Part shown: one piece after another, positions 10,418-21,432 of the stretch
Position numbering within the stretch: the first letter of the stretch is position 1
Layout of the letters: each line of letters starts with the position of its first letter
Assembly: GCA_963721455.1 (NCBI GenBank)
Contig: CAVRJG010000054.1
Location: 96,001 to 160,000, forward strand
Source: an uncultured Methanosarcinaceae archaeon
Lineage (GTDB): Archaea > Halobacteriota > Methanosarcinia > Methanosarcinales > Methanosarcinaceae
DNA: 64,000 nt
Reading direction: 5' to 3'
The notes under the pieces: generated by a model
The model's database searches: none
Told to the model about the DNA's origin: nothing
What the model saw: only the letters and a program-made list of their open reading frames with translations
Position numbers and translations under genes: made by a program

Positions 10418-10978
10418 ATGTTTTTACTGACTGATTTTCTTTTAGCGCTCGGGCTTTCAATGGATGCATTTGCAGTTTCCATGTCTAGCGGCACCACGAT
10501 AAGGCCTTTCCGGCTCAATGATGCCCTGAAGCTGGCTTTCTTTTTCGGGGGGTTTCAGGCTTTCATGCCTGTGCTGGGCTGGCTTGGGGGAAGCGCGGTA
10601 AGCGGCTTTGTTTCGGACTATGCCCCCTGGATTGCCTTTGGGCTTCTGGCCCTTATCGGAGGCAAAATGATTTACGAGGCTCTTTACGGAAGCCCGGAAG
10701 GAAAGGTAAGCTCTCTTAATTATTCGGTGCTTCTGGTGCTTGCAGTCGCAACAAGTATAGACGCCCTTGCAGTGGGAATTAGCTTTGCATTTCTCAATAC
10801 GCCTATTCTTGAGCCTGTAATTATTATAGGTTGTGTGACCTTTTTCATGTCTTTCTGCGGAGCAATCCTGGGATACAGGATAGGCCATTTCTTCGAGCAC
10901 GAAGTCGAAATTCTGGGAGGCCTGATTCTTATCGGGCTTGGCTGTAAGATCCTTGCCGAACACCTGCTCTGGATCTGA
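10418..10978 (+). CDS. mntP: Manganese efflux pump MntP family
   Basis: LSMDAFAVS and ATSIDALAVG repeats; hydrophobic. Confidence 0.9.
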   Translation: MFLLTDFLLALGLSMDAFAVSMSSGTTIRPFRLNDALKLAFFFGGFQAFMPVLGWLGGSAVSGFVSDYAPWIAFGLLALIGGKMIYEALYGSPEGKVSSLNYSVLLVLAVATSIDALAVGISFAFLNTPILEPVIIIGCVTFFMSFCGAILGYRIGHFFEHEVEILGGLILIGLGCKILAEHLLWI

Positions 10979-11045
10979 AAAATCGCCTCAGAACCTGAAA
11001 AAGTTACGCCATATTCATATACCTCAAACTATAGATGCAGTCAGC

Positions 11046-12038
11046 ATGAAACTGGCTGTAATCGAAGGTGATGGGATCGGCAGGGAAGTAATTCCCGTGG
11101 CTGTCAAAGTCCTTGATGCTTTCGGGCTTGATTTTGAAAAAGTGCCCCTTGAACTTGGCTATACGAGATGGGAACGAACAGGAACTGCAATGTCGGGCGC
11201 CGATATGGATGCCATAAAAGGGTGCGATGCAGTTCTTTTCGGGGCAGTCACCACCGTGCCGGACCCGAATTACAAAAGTGTGCTCCTCACCATCCGGAAG
11301 GAACTGGACCTGTATGCCAATATAAGGCCTGTAAAACCTCTTACCGGCATAATCGGTGTTACCGGGAGAAGCGATTTCGATTTTATTATTGTCAGGGAAA
11401 ACACTGAAGGGCTGTACTCTGGGATTGAGGAAATAGGGCCTGACCTTTCCTGGACAAAAAGAGTCGTCACCCGGAAAGGTTCTGAACGGATTGCAGAATA
11501 CGCCTGCAAGCTTGCAAAAAAAAGAAGGAATAAACTGACAATTGTCCATAAGTCCAATGTCCTGAAATCCGATAAGCTTTTCCTTGATGTCTGCAGGCAG
11601 ACTGCCAGCACTAACGACGTGGAATATGGGGATATGCTGGTTGATTCAATGGCTTACAGTCTTATGATGCACCCTGAAAAGTATGACGTTGTGGTTACAA
11701 CGAACCTTTTCGGAGATATTTTGAGCGACATGTGTGCAGCCCTTGTTGGAAGCCTTGGCCTTGTCCCGAGCGCCAATATAGGGGAAAAGTATGCTTTTTT
11801 CGAGCCAGTACACGGGAGCGCACCCGACATTGCAGGAAAGGGCATTGCAAACCCGCTTGCTGCGATTCTCTGCGTAAAGATGCTGCTGGAATGGATGGAC
11901 GAACCGCGGTCTCTTGTTATCGATGAAGCAATAGCCCATGTGCTTCAAAAAAAGATTATCACTCCGGATCTGGGTGGTAAGGCCAGCACAATAGAAGTCG
12001 GAGATGCGGTTGCGGAATTTGTTGTGAATCATCTGTAA
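11046..12038 (+). CDS. aksF: Isocitrate/isopropylmalate dehydrogenase family, probably homoisocitrate dehydrogenase AksF
   Basis: IEGDGIGREV, RENTEGLY, NLFGDILSD, FEPVHGSAPDIAGK; ATG at 11046 preferred over the track start. Confidence 0.8.
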   Translation: MKLAVIEGDGIGREVIPVAVKVLDAFGLDFEKVPLELGYTRWERTGTAMSGADMDAIKGCDAVLFGAVTTVPDPNYKSVLLTIRKELDLYANIRPVKPLTGIIGVTGRSDFDFIIVRENTEGLYSGIEEIGPDLSWTKRVVTRKGSERIAEYACKLAKKRRNKLTIVHKSNVLKSDKLFLDVCRQTASTNDVEYGDMLVDSMAYSLMMHPEKYDVVVTTNLFGDILSDMCAALVGSLGLVPSANIGEKYAFFEPVHGSAPDIAGKGIANPLAAILCVKMLLEWMDEPRSLVIDEAIAHVLQKKIITPDLGGKASTIEVGDAVAEFVVNHL

Positions 12039-12175
12039 AAAAGTGTAACTGCACAGGATGGGTCCGTTTACTGCCTGGGGAGATATTTTATATTTTAAAC
12101 CCATTTTATAATAAGGTGGAGTTATAATCTTACAAATAATTAACTGCACTGAACTTCTTAATGCGTTGCTAACGA

Positions 12176-12811
12176 ATGAATGGGGGTTTCATTCTGCCTC
12201 AGTTTTTCGATGTCTCACTGCCTATTACGGAAGAAATGGTTGTATATCCTGGAAATCCGAGACCTTCTATCCAGAAGTATGCCTCTGTTCCGAAGAATAA
12301 GGTAAACGAGTCTATCCTGACTCTGGGAAGCCACACAGGTACTCACGTAGATTCCAGACTGCATATCCGAGAAGGGAAAGAAGGAGTCGAGGCCCTGCCT
12401 CTTGAAAGTTTTTATGGGAAATGCAGGGTTTTCGATCTGACCTATCTGGAAGACGAAATCCACAGTCAGGACCTTGAAGGGTTTAAAATAAGCCCTGGAG
12501 AGATAGTGCTTCTCAAGACCAGAAATTCGACCCTTGGATACATGAAATTCCTTGAAAACTACGTGCACCTTAAAATGGACGCAGCCGAATACCTTGTCAA
12601 CGCCGGAATCAAAACTCTTGGATTTGATTACCTTAGCGTCAAAAAGCTTGACGGGGATGATGAGGTCCATGAACTGCTTGTCAACAACATGACTTTGTTT
12701 GAAGGCCTCAATCTTACAGGCATTCACGAAGGGGAATATACGTTCTTAGGCCTCCCTCTCCGTATAGATACCGCCGGAGCTCCGGCGAGAGTCATACTGG
12801 TTAGAGAGTAA
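12176..12811 (+). CDS. Cyclase family (kynurenine formamidase-like) metal hydrolase
   Basis: HTGTHVD motif; C-terminal GAPARV. Confidence 0.88.
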   Translation: MNGGFILPQFFDVSLPITEEMVVYPGNPRPSIQKYASVPKNKVNESILTLGSHTGTHVDSRLHIREGKEGVEALPLESFYGKCRVFDLTYLEDEIHSQDLEGFKISPGEIVLLKTRNSTLGYMKFLENYVHLKMDAAEYLVNAGIKTLGFDYLSVKKLDGDDEVHELLVNNMTLFEGLNLTGIHEGEYTFLGLPLRIDTAGAPARVILVRE

Positions 12812-13227
12812 CCTGTTTTGGATAGGATGGATTTTCATCCTCCGCATGATAGCCTGAAAGAAAATCGTCCAGTCCTTTAATTTCCCTTTCCAGGTAGTTT
12901 CCTTTCAGACACATATCGTATTCTTCTGCCCGACAGTTGATGCAGTCGTCAGGCTTCCGGAAAGTGGCTACTACAGGGTTTCCCGGCTTCAGGGGTTTTA
13001 CCTTGCCCCTTACTTTTACCACTCTCCCGAGGGATTCATGCCCGAAAGTAAACTCTTTTTCCTTCAGAAGGCTTTCCATGAAGCCCTTTGATTATTTTCC
13101 AATCAGTCCCCTCAGTCCCAACCGGTTTTACCTTTACAAGAGCTCCAGTCTCATTTATTCGAGGAATATTGATATCCTCGATATGAATGCTGTTCTCCTC
13201 CCCAGGGACAGCTGTGATTGCCCTCAC
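12801..13227 (-). pseudogene. Frameshifted, truncated Zn-dependent glucose-1-dehydrogenase-like (MDR) gene
   Basis: GTG at 13227 after a GGAGG RBS; VRAITAVPG...VGTEGTD in one frame, GHESLGRV...CINC...DMC in another; no Rossmann domain. Confidence 0.75.
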
Positions 13228-13671
13228 GTCCTCCTCCGTAAAATTTTGTTTATATTTAGCAGAGCCTTTTGCAGTGGCTATACAATTACAATGCCTGAAG
13301 GTTATAAAAGACATACAACCGGAATATAATAGTCATAAAGAGGCGATTGTAAAATACAACAGTAAAAACGCATTCGAAAGCAGTAAAATCATAAAAATAA
13401 CACTGTAAAAGGAGAACGTCCATAAAATGACAAATTATAGAATAATTATAGAACAAAGAAAGAACAAAGAAAGATCAAACGATTTAAAAAATCATAAAGG
13501 GCAGTAAAATATGTAACGGCAATGGATATCAAAAAAGAATTAGAAGGGCAGCTTTTTTGTCTCAAAGAGCCCTTCCGATTTGTATCTGCAGTTCAGCTCC
13601 TGCTTTCTTTTATGTTCAATACTTAATTGTCGGTTTCCCGGCTGTTGTATTAATCCTTTTTTCTTCCGGAT

Positions 13672-13782
13672 TTACTCTTCCCTGCTCAATTCCGTCTGAG
13701 ATATTTGCTCGTATTTTCTAAAAAATTCGAACTGCTCATAGTAATGGGCTCTTTCAACTATCTCTTTAAAAAACTCATCCAT
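13672..13782 (-). CDS. Small protein, 36 aa (MDEFFKEIVERAHYYEQFEFFRKYEQISQTELSREE)
   Basis: Translated by hand; purine-rich RBS upstream; paralogous to 14189-14326. Confidence 0.65.
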   Translation of the reverse strand: MDEFFKEIVERAHYYEQFEFFRKYEQISQTELSREE

Positions 13783-14073
13783 AATTAATTCCCCCTTCCC
13801 ACGTAATATTTCTCTCTCAGATTTATAAATATTTGCCACTGGAAATGTGGATATTTAAAAAATGGCTATCGAGTATTAACTTCAAAAAAAACGCATTCGT
13901 TTACCGTGTGGAATCGGGACAGAATTTTTACAGGCTGAAAAGGGACTGGTTGAAAAGTGAGTTTTTCTTCCGCCTTTAATTTTCGTTTCCTTACTTCTAA
14001 TCTTTCTTGAAATCTACTTTTCAATTACTTTTTCTTGAAACTTACTTCTCAACGCCCCAGTTCTTCAGAGATT

Positions 14074-14138
14074 TTGCAGCTTTTATTGCTTTTTAGTTTG
14101 CAGCTTTTTAGTTTGCAGCTTTTTGGTTTGCAGCTTTT
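14074..14138. repeat. Tandem ~15-bp repeat (tttttagtttgcagc, ~4 imperfect units)
   Basis: Directly visible. Confidence 0.7.
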
Positions 14139-14188
14139 AATTATCTGGACTCACTTATTTTTCAGGTTGGCAGTTAATAAATCCGGCA

Positions 14189-14326
14189 TCAGATACTCAT
14201 TGTTGAAGCTTTCATCTTGAGCGCCGGCATATCCCCAAAACGTCCGGAAAGGTTCATGTTTCTGAAACTTTCAAACTGTTCATAGTACCGGGCACGTTCG
14301 ACCAATCCTTTGAATATCTCTTCCAT
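14189..14326 (-). CDS. Small protein, 45 aa (MEEIFKGLVERARYYEQFESFRNMNLSGRFGDMPALKMKASTMSI)
   Basis: Translated by hand; GAGGTG RBS upstream; paralogous to 13672-13782. Confidence 0.7.
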   Translation of the reverse strand: MEEIFKGLVERARYYEQFESFRNMNLSGRFGDMPALKMKASTMSI

Positions 14327-14759
14327 TGTATTCACCTCTATTCCCAAAAACTACTTCAGTGCTTATTAATCTCAGCCTAGCAGGGTGAAAGTATTTTTTG
14401 TAGAATGTCAGGTAAAGGTTTCGGATCTATGCGGTTATCGAGGCTGAAAATTCTTCCAGAAACGTTTCAAGAAATAACGTATATCGAATGCAAAAAATGT
14501 TAAAAGGAAAAGAGCGTTAAAAGGAAAAAGGTGTTAAAAGGAGATATCATTGGTCATCGGTTAAGGAATTTTCTTGCCTGTAGGTCTCGATTTCGAAGCG
14601 AAAATTAATCCCAAATTTTGAGCACTGAAACTGAAATCGATATCCAACTCCAACTTTACATCAATGAATACTTTGAAAAACTTTGTGGAAATCGATGTAA
14701 TTTGTCACGATTCCTCACTTAACCGAAGACGCATGAAGGAGATATACATAAAATTAATT

Positions 14760-15968
14760 TTACTGCTTTTTTGCAACGGCTGCAAGCTGTTCTCCAAGCT
14801 TTCTGCACCTCTCCAGTTCTTTTTCATATGGCCTGTACCTTACTTGCAGTCCGGGTTCAATCACCTCAATTCCTGCGCTTTTCAGTTCCTGTTCTACGAT
14901 TTTTACTGCTCCCCCTCCCCAGCCGTAGGACCCGAATGCCATAGCTTTTTTCTTCTGGGGGCGCAGGCCTTTGAGGTATACCAGGAAGTCCCCAACCGTT
15001 GGAAAGAGTCCGTTGTTAAGGGTTGGTGAGCCCACTGCGAAGGATGCTGCATCAAGTATCTCTTTCATGATCTGGCTCCTGGTGTTTTTCCGGAGATGAA
15101 GCAGTTTTACCTCCACCCCGGCAGCCCGGACAGCTTCAACAATTTCGTTTGCCATTGCCTCTGTGCTGCCCCACATTGTGTCATATATCACAAGCACTTT
15201 TTCCCTTGCCTCGCCGTTGGCCCATGATCTGTATGCCTTAAGGATCTTCTGCAGGTCCTGTTTCCATATAATCCCATGAGAAGGAGCTATCTGCATGGGC
15301 TCTATTCCCAGCTCGTTCAGTACTTCCAGATAGCGGAGAAGTGGCATATGAAAAGGCATGAGTATATTTGCGTAATATTCGGCTGCGTCCGGAAGAACAT
15401 CCCCAATTTCAAAATCATACCTCTTTGAGGTTGCTATATGCTGGCCGAAACCGTCGTTTGAAAAGAGTATCCTGTCTTCTTTCAGGAAAGTCTCCATACT
15501 GTCAGGCCAGTGCAGCATTGTAGCCTCCAGGAACATAAGGGTCTTACCTCCGAGGTCCAGCTGGTCGCCCGTCTTCACAATCTCAATGTCCCAGTTTTCA
15601 CTGCCCGAGCCCTTGAAGTAGCCATTAAGGATATCGATGCCCCTTTTTGAGATGAGTATTTTAGCATCGGTTTGTTTTTTAAGCTCTGCCAGGGAACCAG
15701 AGTGGTCAAGTTCCATATGGTTTACTACAATGTAGTCGAGTTTTGAAGGGTCTATAATCTGACTGATGCGCCTGAGCATCTCCCCTGCAAAGGGAGACTT
15801 TACCGTATCTATAAGTGCAGTCTTTTCCCCAACAACCAGGTAGGAGTTGTAGGTTGTCCCTCCGGGAGTAGTAAACCCGTGAAAATCCCTTCCGTTCCAA
15901 TCAATTGCTCCTACCCAGTATACTTTGCCGGAAAGTTCGACGGCTCCACCCGTTTCTTCTGTGCCCAT
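14760..15968 (-). CDS. fprA: Flavodiiron protein FprA (A-type flavoprotein)
   Basis: GTTYNSY, HMELDHSG, HWPDSM, PSHG; flavodoxin domain YDTMWGST and FGSYGWGG. Confidence 0.93.
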   Translation of the reverse strand: MGTEETGGAVELSGKVYWVGAIDWNGRDFHGFTTPGGTTYNSYLVVGEKTALIDTVKSPFAGEMLRRISQIIDPSKLDYIVVNHMELDHSGSLAELKKQTDAKILISKRGIDILNGYFKGSGSENWDIEIVKTGDQLDLGGKTLMFLEATMLHWPDSMETFLKEDRILFSNDGFGQHIATSKRYDFEIGDVLPDAAEYYANILMPFHMPLLRYLEVLNELGIEPMQIAPSHGIIWKQDLQKILKAYRSWANGEAREKVLVIYDTMWGSTEAMANEIVEAVRAAGVEVKLLHLRKNTRSQIMKEILDAASFAVGSPTLNNGLFPTVGDFLVYLKGLRPQKKKAMAFGSYGWGGGAVKIVEQELKSAGIEVIEPGLQVRYRPYEKELERCRKLGEQLAAVAKKQ

Positions 15969-15991
15969 ACCCTCACAGTCCTCCCGGCTTT

Positions 15992-16498
15992 TCAGGTCTG
16001 CATCCGGAACCCGGTGATATTTTCGAGGTAACTGTCGAGAAGCTCATAGTGGCCCCTTTCGTATCTTGCCAGCATCTCGAAGAATGTTTTCTGATTTTCG
16101 TCTTCAGCTCTTTTTGCCAGTTCCGAATAGAAATCCTCGCTTTTTCTCTCGTGCCTCATGGCTGCAACAAGGATACCGGCATCTCCAAGAGTGATCTCAC
16201 CCCTTTTTGTTCGAGCTATATCGAACTCAGGGGTGAAAGACTGACCACTCGGAATTTCCGTACTGATTACGGGCAGCTCTTTCTTATCACGGTATCTTTC
16301 AAGATATTCAAGATGACTTACTTCTTCATTTGCCAGATGCTCATAGAGTTCCTTAAATTTCGGGTTGTCCATTAAAGTTGCTTCATGCAGGTAGAAGTCC
16401 CTTGCTTCTTTCTCTCTCTCGATTGCCAGAGCTACGGCTTCTTCAATCCCTTTAAGATTTTTTACTTCCTCTACTACCTCTAGATATGCACTCCTCAT
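15992..16498 (-). CDS. Ferritin-like / rubrerythrin-family protein
   Basis: Two E...ExxH motifs (EEVSH, YERGH). Confidence 0.85.
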   Translation of the reverse strand: MRSAYLEVVEEVKNLKGIEEAVALAIEREKEARDFYLHEATLMDNPKFKELYEHLANEEVSHLEYLERYRDKKELPVISTEIPSGQSFTPEFDIARTKRGEITLGDAGILVAAMRHERKSEDFYSELAKRAEDENQKTFFEMLARYERGHYELLDSYLENITGFRMQT

Positions 16499-16551
16499 AC
16501 TTTACCTCCTCTGATATCTCATCTCTTCAGATTTCCCCGTTTTTAAAGTTT

Positions 16552-17187
16552 TTAGTTCCCGGTTTCTTTCTTAGTTTTGGGTTTCTTTTGTTCTTTCACT
16601 TTCAAGGTTATATCTTCAGAGGGCCGCTCAAGTCCAAATATATCATAGATCTCATAGGGACTGGCAAGCACTGTGATATTTTCCATTTGCGCAAGTTTTT
16701 CCGAGTTTGTAACATCTACTTCACGCATAGTGAGCTCAAAGGCTCTGCCACTGGGTGCAGCAGTTTTTACAGTTCCCCTTTTCTGGTCTACAGGCAGGAT
16801 GAAAATAGGTGTTTTTCCTTTTGCAGTCTGAGAAACTGTATTTGTAACAAGGGTATCTGCAATCCCGTATACGATCTTTGCCACGGTATTGGCAGTTGTC
16901 GGGGCTATCAGCAGGAAATCGTAGTATCCCATCTGCAGCGGGCCTGCTATGAACGGGGAGTTGGGACCTGCATCTACCTTGAAGTTAGGGAAATCGTTCT
17001 GGATTTTGTCCCACAGGTGATACCATTTCATTACGGTCTCGCCCTCTTTGGACAGGAAAACCATTGTGTCAACACCTGTTTGATTCTTAATGTCCACCAG
17101 AACGCTATAGGTCTCAATCATCTGGTCTCCCGAACCTGTAATTCCCCATGCTATGCGTTTAATTTTCTTGTTTAACGGTCCTACCAA
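16552..17187 (-). CDS. afpA: Archaeoflavoprotein AfpA
   Basis: IAWGITGSG and APTTANTVAKIVYGIADTLVTN. Confidence 0.85.
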   Translation of the reverse strand: MVGPLNKKIKRIAWGITGSGDQMIETYSVLVDIKNQTGVDTMVFLSKEGETVMKWYHLWDKIQNDFPNFKVDAGPNSPFIAGPLQMGYYDFLLIAPTTANTVAKIVYGIADTLVTNTVSQTAKGKTPIFILPVDQKRGTVKTAAPSGRAFELTMREVDVTNSEKLAQMENITVLASPYEIYDIFGLERPSEDITLKVKEQKKPKTKKETGN

Positions 17188-17287
17188 AGTAATTCACTCC
17201 TTTAATAGTTTGTATCTAAGTCATGGACTTATTTCTCGTCCTGATTAACCTGATTTCTGAAAATCCTGGTCTCCCAGAATTTACTGG

Positions 17288-17971
17288 TTATTTGCCTTCT
17301 TCTTTCGGCATTTCGGAAGCCTGGGCTTCAGGCTCCTCTATAGAGGCAGCTTTCTTAACCATCTGGGTTGTCTGGACAAGCTTTTTCAGGGTTTTTTTAA
17401 GGCTTCTCATACCTTCCGAATCCTCGGAAACCCCTTCTGCTCCTTTGTCCTTTGACCAGAACGTTCCTCCCAGATTTGCCCCAAAAGAGCCTCCTCCGAC
17501 AGGGATCATTTCATTGATTACGTAAAAGTTCAGAATAGTTTGGATAGCCGGCTCCTGCCCGCCTATCCGGTCGCCTCCGTCTGCAATTCCCATCCCTACT
17601 TTGTTCAAAAAAACCTTTGGGTCTCTGGCAACGACAGCTCTGCAGCGGTCCATAATCGTTTTTGTCTGAGCACTTACGGTTCCCTGATATACAGGAGTAC
17701 CTATAATCCAGGCATCTGCCCACATCATTTTATCGTACAGTTCGGCCGCAATATCGTCCTTGTGGATGCAGCCTTCCTTTTTTCTGACACAGAAGTCGCA
17801 GTGGATGCAAAAGTTCAGCTTCTTTCCTTTGGCGGAAAAGTAGTCGGTTTCTGCGCCATATTTGTCTCTTGCAATCTTCAGCGCTTCCTGGACCAGAAAA
17901 TCGGTCGCCATATTCCTGGGACTTCCGGATATTCCGAGAATCTTTATCGGTTTGTCTTCGGTTTCTTGCAT
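17288..17971 (-). CDS. Iron-sulfur flavoprotein (Isf-like, flavodoxin family)
   Basis: GISGSPR, CIHCDFC-x5-C and GTPVY. Confidence 0.88.
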   Translation of the reverse strand: MQETEDKPIKILGISGSPRNMATDFLVQEALKIARDKYGAETDYFSAKGKKLNFCIHCDFCVRKKEGCIHKDDIAAELYDKMMWADAWIIGTPVYQGTVSAQTKTIMDRCRAVVARDPKVFLNKVGMGIADGGDRIGGQEPAIQTILNFYVINEMIPVGGGSFGANLGGTFWSKDKGAEGVSEDSEGMRSLKKTLKKLVQTTQMVKKAASIEEPEAQASEMPKEEGK

Positions 17972-18468
17972 GTCCCCTCCGAATTACCTGTAAAAAGTTA
18001 CGTATATACTCAATTATATCTGTATCCTCGTATGCCTTTCGGACACATAATTTTATGCCTGAATAGTTTTATACTCAAATTTTTTAATTTTTGCCCTGTA
18101 CTCCTTAAGTCTTTTGTAAACGCTATCTTGAGAAGGCAATGAGAGCTCCTTTCAAAATCTCGAAGTTGAAGTTTTTCTTCTTCAGGGTAGATTGCCATAC
18201 CAATCTCATGCATGTTGCCAGGTCACTTCACCGGAAAGCTCATTTATACGTTACTGAGGAGTCTACCTGTAATGAAGTTTCGAAAACTGGACTGATTTAA
18301 AGTTCGCTGACACGCTCGGTTCTACAGCAAAAAATAAGTCTGAGAACTTAACAAGCTTCCATTTTCTCACTATGAGGCTCTTGATAATTCTAAAAAATGC
18401 ATCACAAAAAATAAATAAGTGTGCTTATTCTTTCAAAGCACGTCCATTTTATTCAAAGTACATTTATT

Positions 18469-18816
18469 TTATTTCAACAGCTTCAGGGCTTCCCTGCACG
18501 CAGCTACAGCCGGAGCTCCTGAGGTTATAAAGATAACATCCATAGTTTCCATGATTTCTTCCTTGGTTGCTCCGTGGTGCAGGGCGCTTTTCATCTGCGC
18601 TACAGTACAGGACTCACACTGTTTGGATGCCACAACCGCAAGAGCCATAAGGATCTTTGTCTTCGCGGGCAGTGCTCCATCAGATAACAGTTTTCCATCA
18701 CAGCGCCTGTACTTCCCAAGAAACTCAGGATCAAGTTCCTCAAGAGTTTCCAGGATATGCGGCTTGAATCCCATCTTTTTTCCTATATTTTCCACTACTT
18801 CTTTATGTTCTGTCAA
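18469..18816 (-). CDS. Carboxymuconolactone decarboxylase family protein with CxxC (MdrA-like disulfide reductase)
   Basis: [15 protein letters not shown]...QCESC...GATKEEI; context in the oxidative-stress cluster. Confidence 0.85.
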   Translation of the reverse strand: MTEHKEVVENIGKKMGFKPHILETLEELDPEFLGKYRRCDGKLLSDGALPAKTKILMALAVVASKQCESCTVAQMKSALHHGATKEEIMETMDVIFITSGAPAVAACREALKLLK

Positions 18817-18956
18817 TTTTTGGCCTCCTATTTTTTTGATTATTATTTATTGTTTGTTCTAATTCCCGGTAGCTCTAACCCAATAGATACATTCTCCAAA
18901 GTATTCCGGACAAGAAAGGTATTCTGCAACTCAAAGGCTATGTGCAAGCAGTGGAA

Positions 18957-19178
18957 TTACACGCAGAAATCCTCTCCAAGAATAGAGTCGATGCACTCAC
19001 GGCACATCATCCTGGGAAGATCTTTCTTTAGTGTCACATGGGGCAGTGGATATCCTCCTTTCATAGGGAACTCTACCTGTTTAATATGCTCCATACAGAG
19101 GCCTTTCCCGCAAACAATGCATATGCCCACGGCTTCATTATCCTTACTCTTTTCAAGGCAATCGTAACATTTTAGCAT
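18957..19178 (-). CDS. DUF2180-like Cys-rich small protein
   Basis: KCYDC...CIVCGKGLCMEH...CREC; ATG at 19178 after GGTGG. Confidence 0.8.
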   Translation of the reverse strand: MLKCYDCLEKSKDNEAVGICIVCGKGLCMEHIKQVEFPMKGGYPLPHVTLKKDLPRMMCRECIDSILGEDFCV

Positions 19179-19188
19179 ATGACCACCT

Positions 19189-19419
19189 TCAACATACCTC
19201 ATTGAACAGGCAGTTTTCCTTCAGGGCTTCGTGGCAGGGCATGCAGACAATCCGTTTGATATGTTCAACGTCGGGCTTTAGCTCGATAGGATAGTCCCCT
19301 TCCCAGGCAGGCGTTTCCTCATGAATAAGGTGCTCTTTGCAAACCCCTCTCCCGCAGACAATGCAAATTGCAACAGCGTCCGTATTTTTACCTTCTCTGG
19401 CGCATTCATAACATTTCAT
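19189..19419 (-). CDS. DUF2180-like Cys-rich small protein (paralog)
   Basis: KCYEC...CIVCGRGVCKEH...CMPC. Confidence 0.8.
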   Translation of the reverse strand: MKCYECAREGKNTDAVAICIVCGRGVCKEHLIHEETPAWEGDYPIELKPDVEHIKRIVCMPCHEALKENCLFNEVC

Positions 19420-19515
19420 TGTTCTCCCTCTAAATCAAAAAAGTATTTCTTTACCCTATTTCAGGTTTGAAAGTGCTATGTACGTAAATTTCTTAAATGA
19501 GACTCAGCTAACATT

Positions 19516-19644
19516 TCACTTCTCTTCTATAAGAGTCATGTCCTCTCCGCAACAAACAAGAGTTCCGCCTCCTACTTTTTCTACGACAACCTCGTTGCCG
19601 CAAATCTCGCAGCGGTATCTCTCCCCTTTAGCAGATACGCCCAT
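19516..19644 (-). CDS. Desulforedoxin-like FeS4 protein, 42 aa (not in ORF track)
   Basis: MGVSAKGERYRCEICGNEVVVEKVGGGTLVCCGEDMTLIEEK: CxxC...CC desulforedoxin motif; AGGAGGTG RBS. Confidence 0.9.
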   Translation of the reverse strand: MGVSAKGERYRCEICGNEVVVEKVGGGTLVCCGEDMTLIEEK

Positions 19645-20342
19645 AGCCAGTTCACCTCCTTTCACCGAATTTAGCTCTCAAGGCAGTTTATAAGGGCTTC
19701 CCTCATTTTTTGATTAACTTTCAGTTTTTATCAATACTTATATAATAACCATTCTTTGTATATAATGGTGAGGATTTTTTAAAAATAGTATGATTTTTCC
19801 TTATCGAAAGACATCTATTTATATTTATTATTTGTTTTTTGCCTGAGCTGTGCCGCCTTTTCTTTTCATATTTTCATTATCTTTTTGCTCATATCTACAG
19901 GTAATTGTTGCCGGAAATACCCGGAGATTTTCTGTACCGACCGTTTTTCAATATAAATCTTTTCCCGGTTTCAGTAAAACGATTCTTTTCAAAAAAGTTA
20001 CCTTTTCTTTTTCCTGCTCCGGACCAGCGATATTTATAATGGGGCTTTAAAATGTCTTTTTCTAGAAAAGGTTTTTAAAGCTTGATTATTTCTTTTGAAT
20101 GGATCAGTCTTGAAAAGCACTCCATTATGAAGGACAGATGAATAACAAATTTTATCAACCTGGTTATATACAATTCGTTTAATACAGTTAATTATATATA
20201 GATTCTTAAATACTGTTATGTGAATTTAGTTCAAGGTTCTAATTAATATCTATTGTGACGGATATTAATTATTATTCAAAAGAAATATATCTTTGGGGAC
20301 AAAAACGGACCCATTTAACCTATAAACAGTAATCAGGAGTAA

Positions 20343-21335
<993 letters not shown>

Positions 21336-21432
21336 TTTTATTACATCCTGCATAATATTTTTATCTTCCTATTATATTTTTAAAAACATCTTGTCTGTAA
21401 GGCAAGCACATCAAGGCATTGGAGGTAACTGA

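Noticed and set aside
10938-11045. Track start of the dehydrogenase ORF
   Set aside because: Overlaps mntP; family similarity begins at MKLAVIEGDG (11046)
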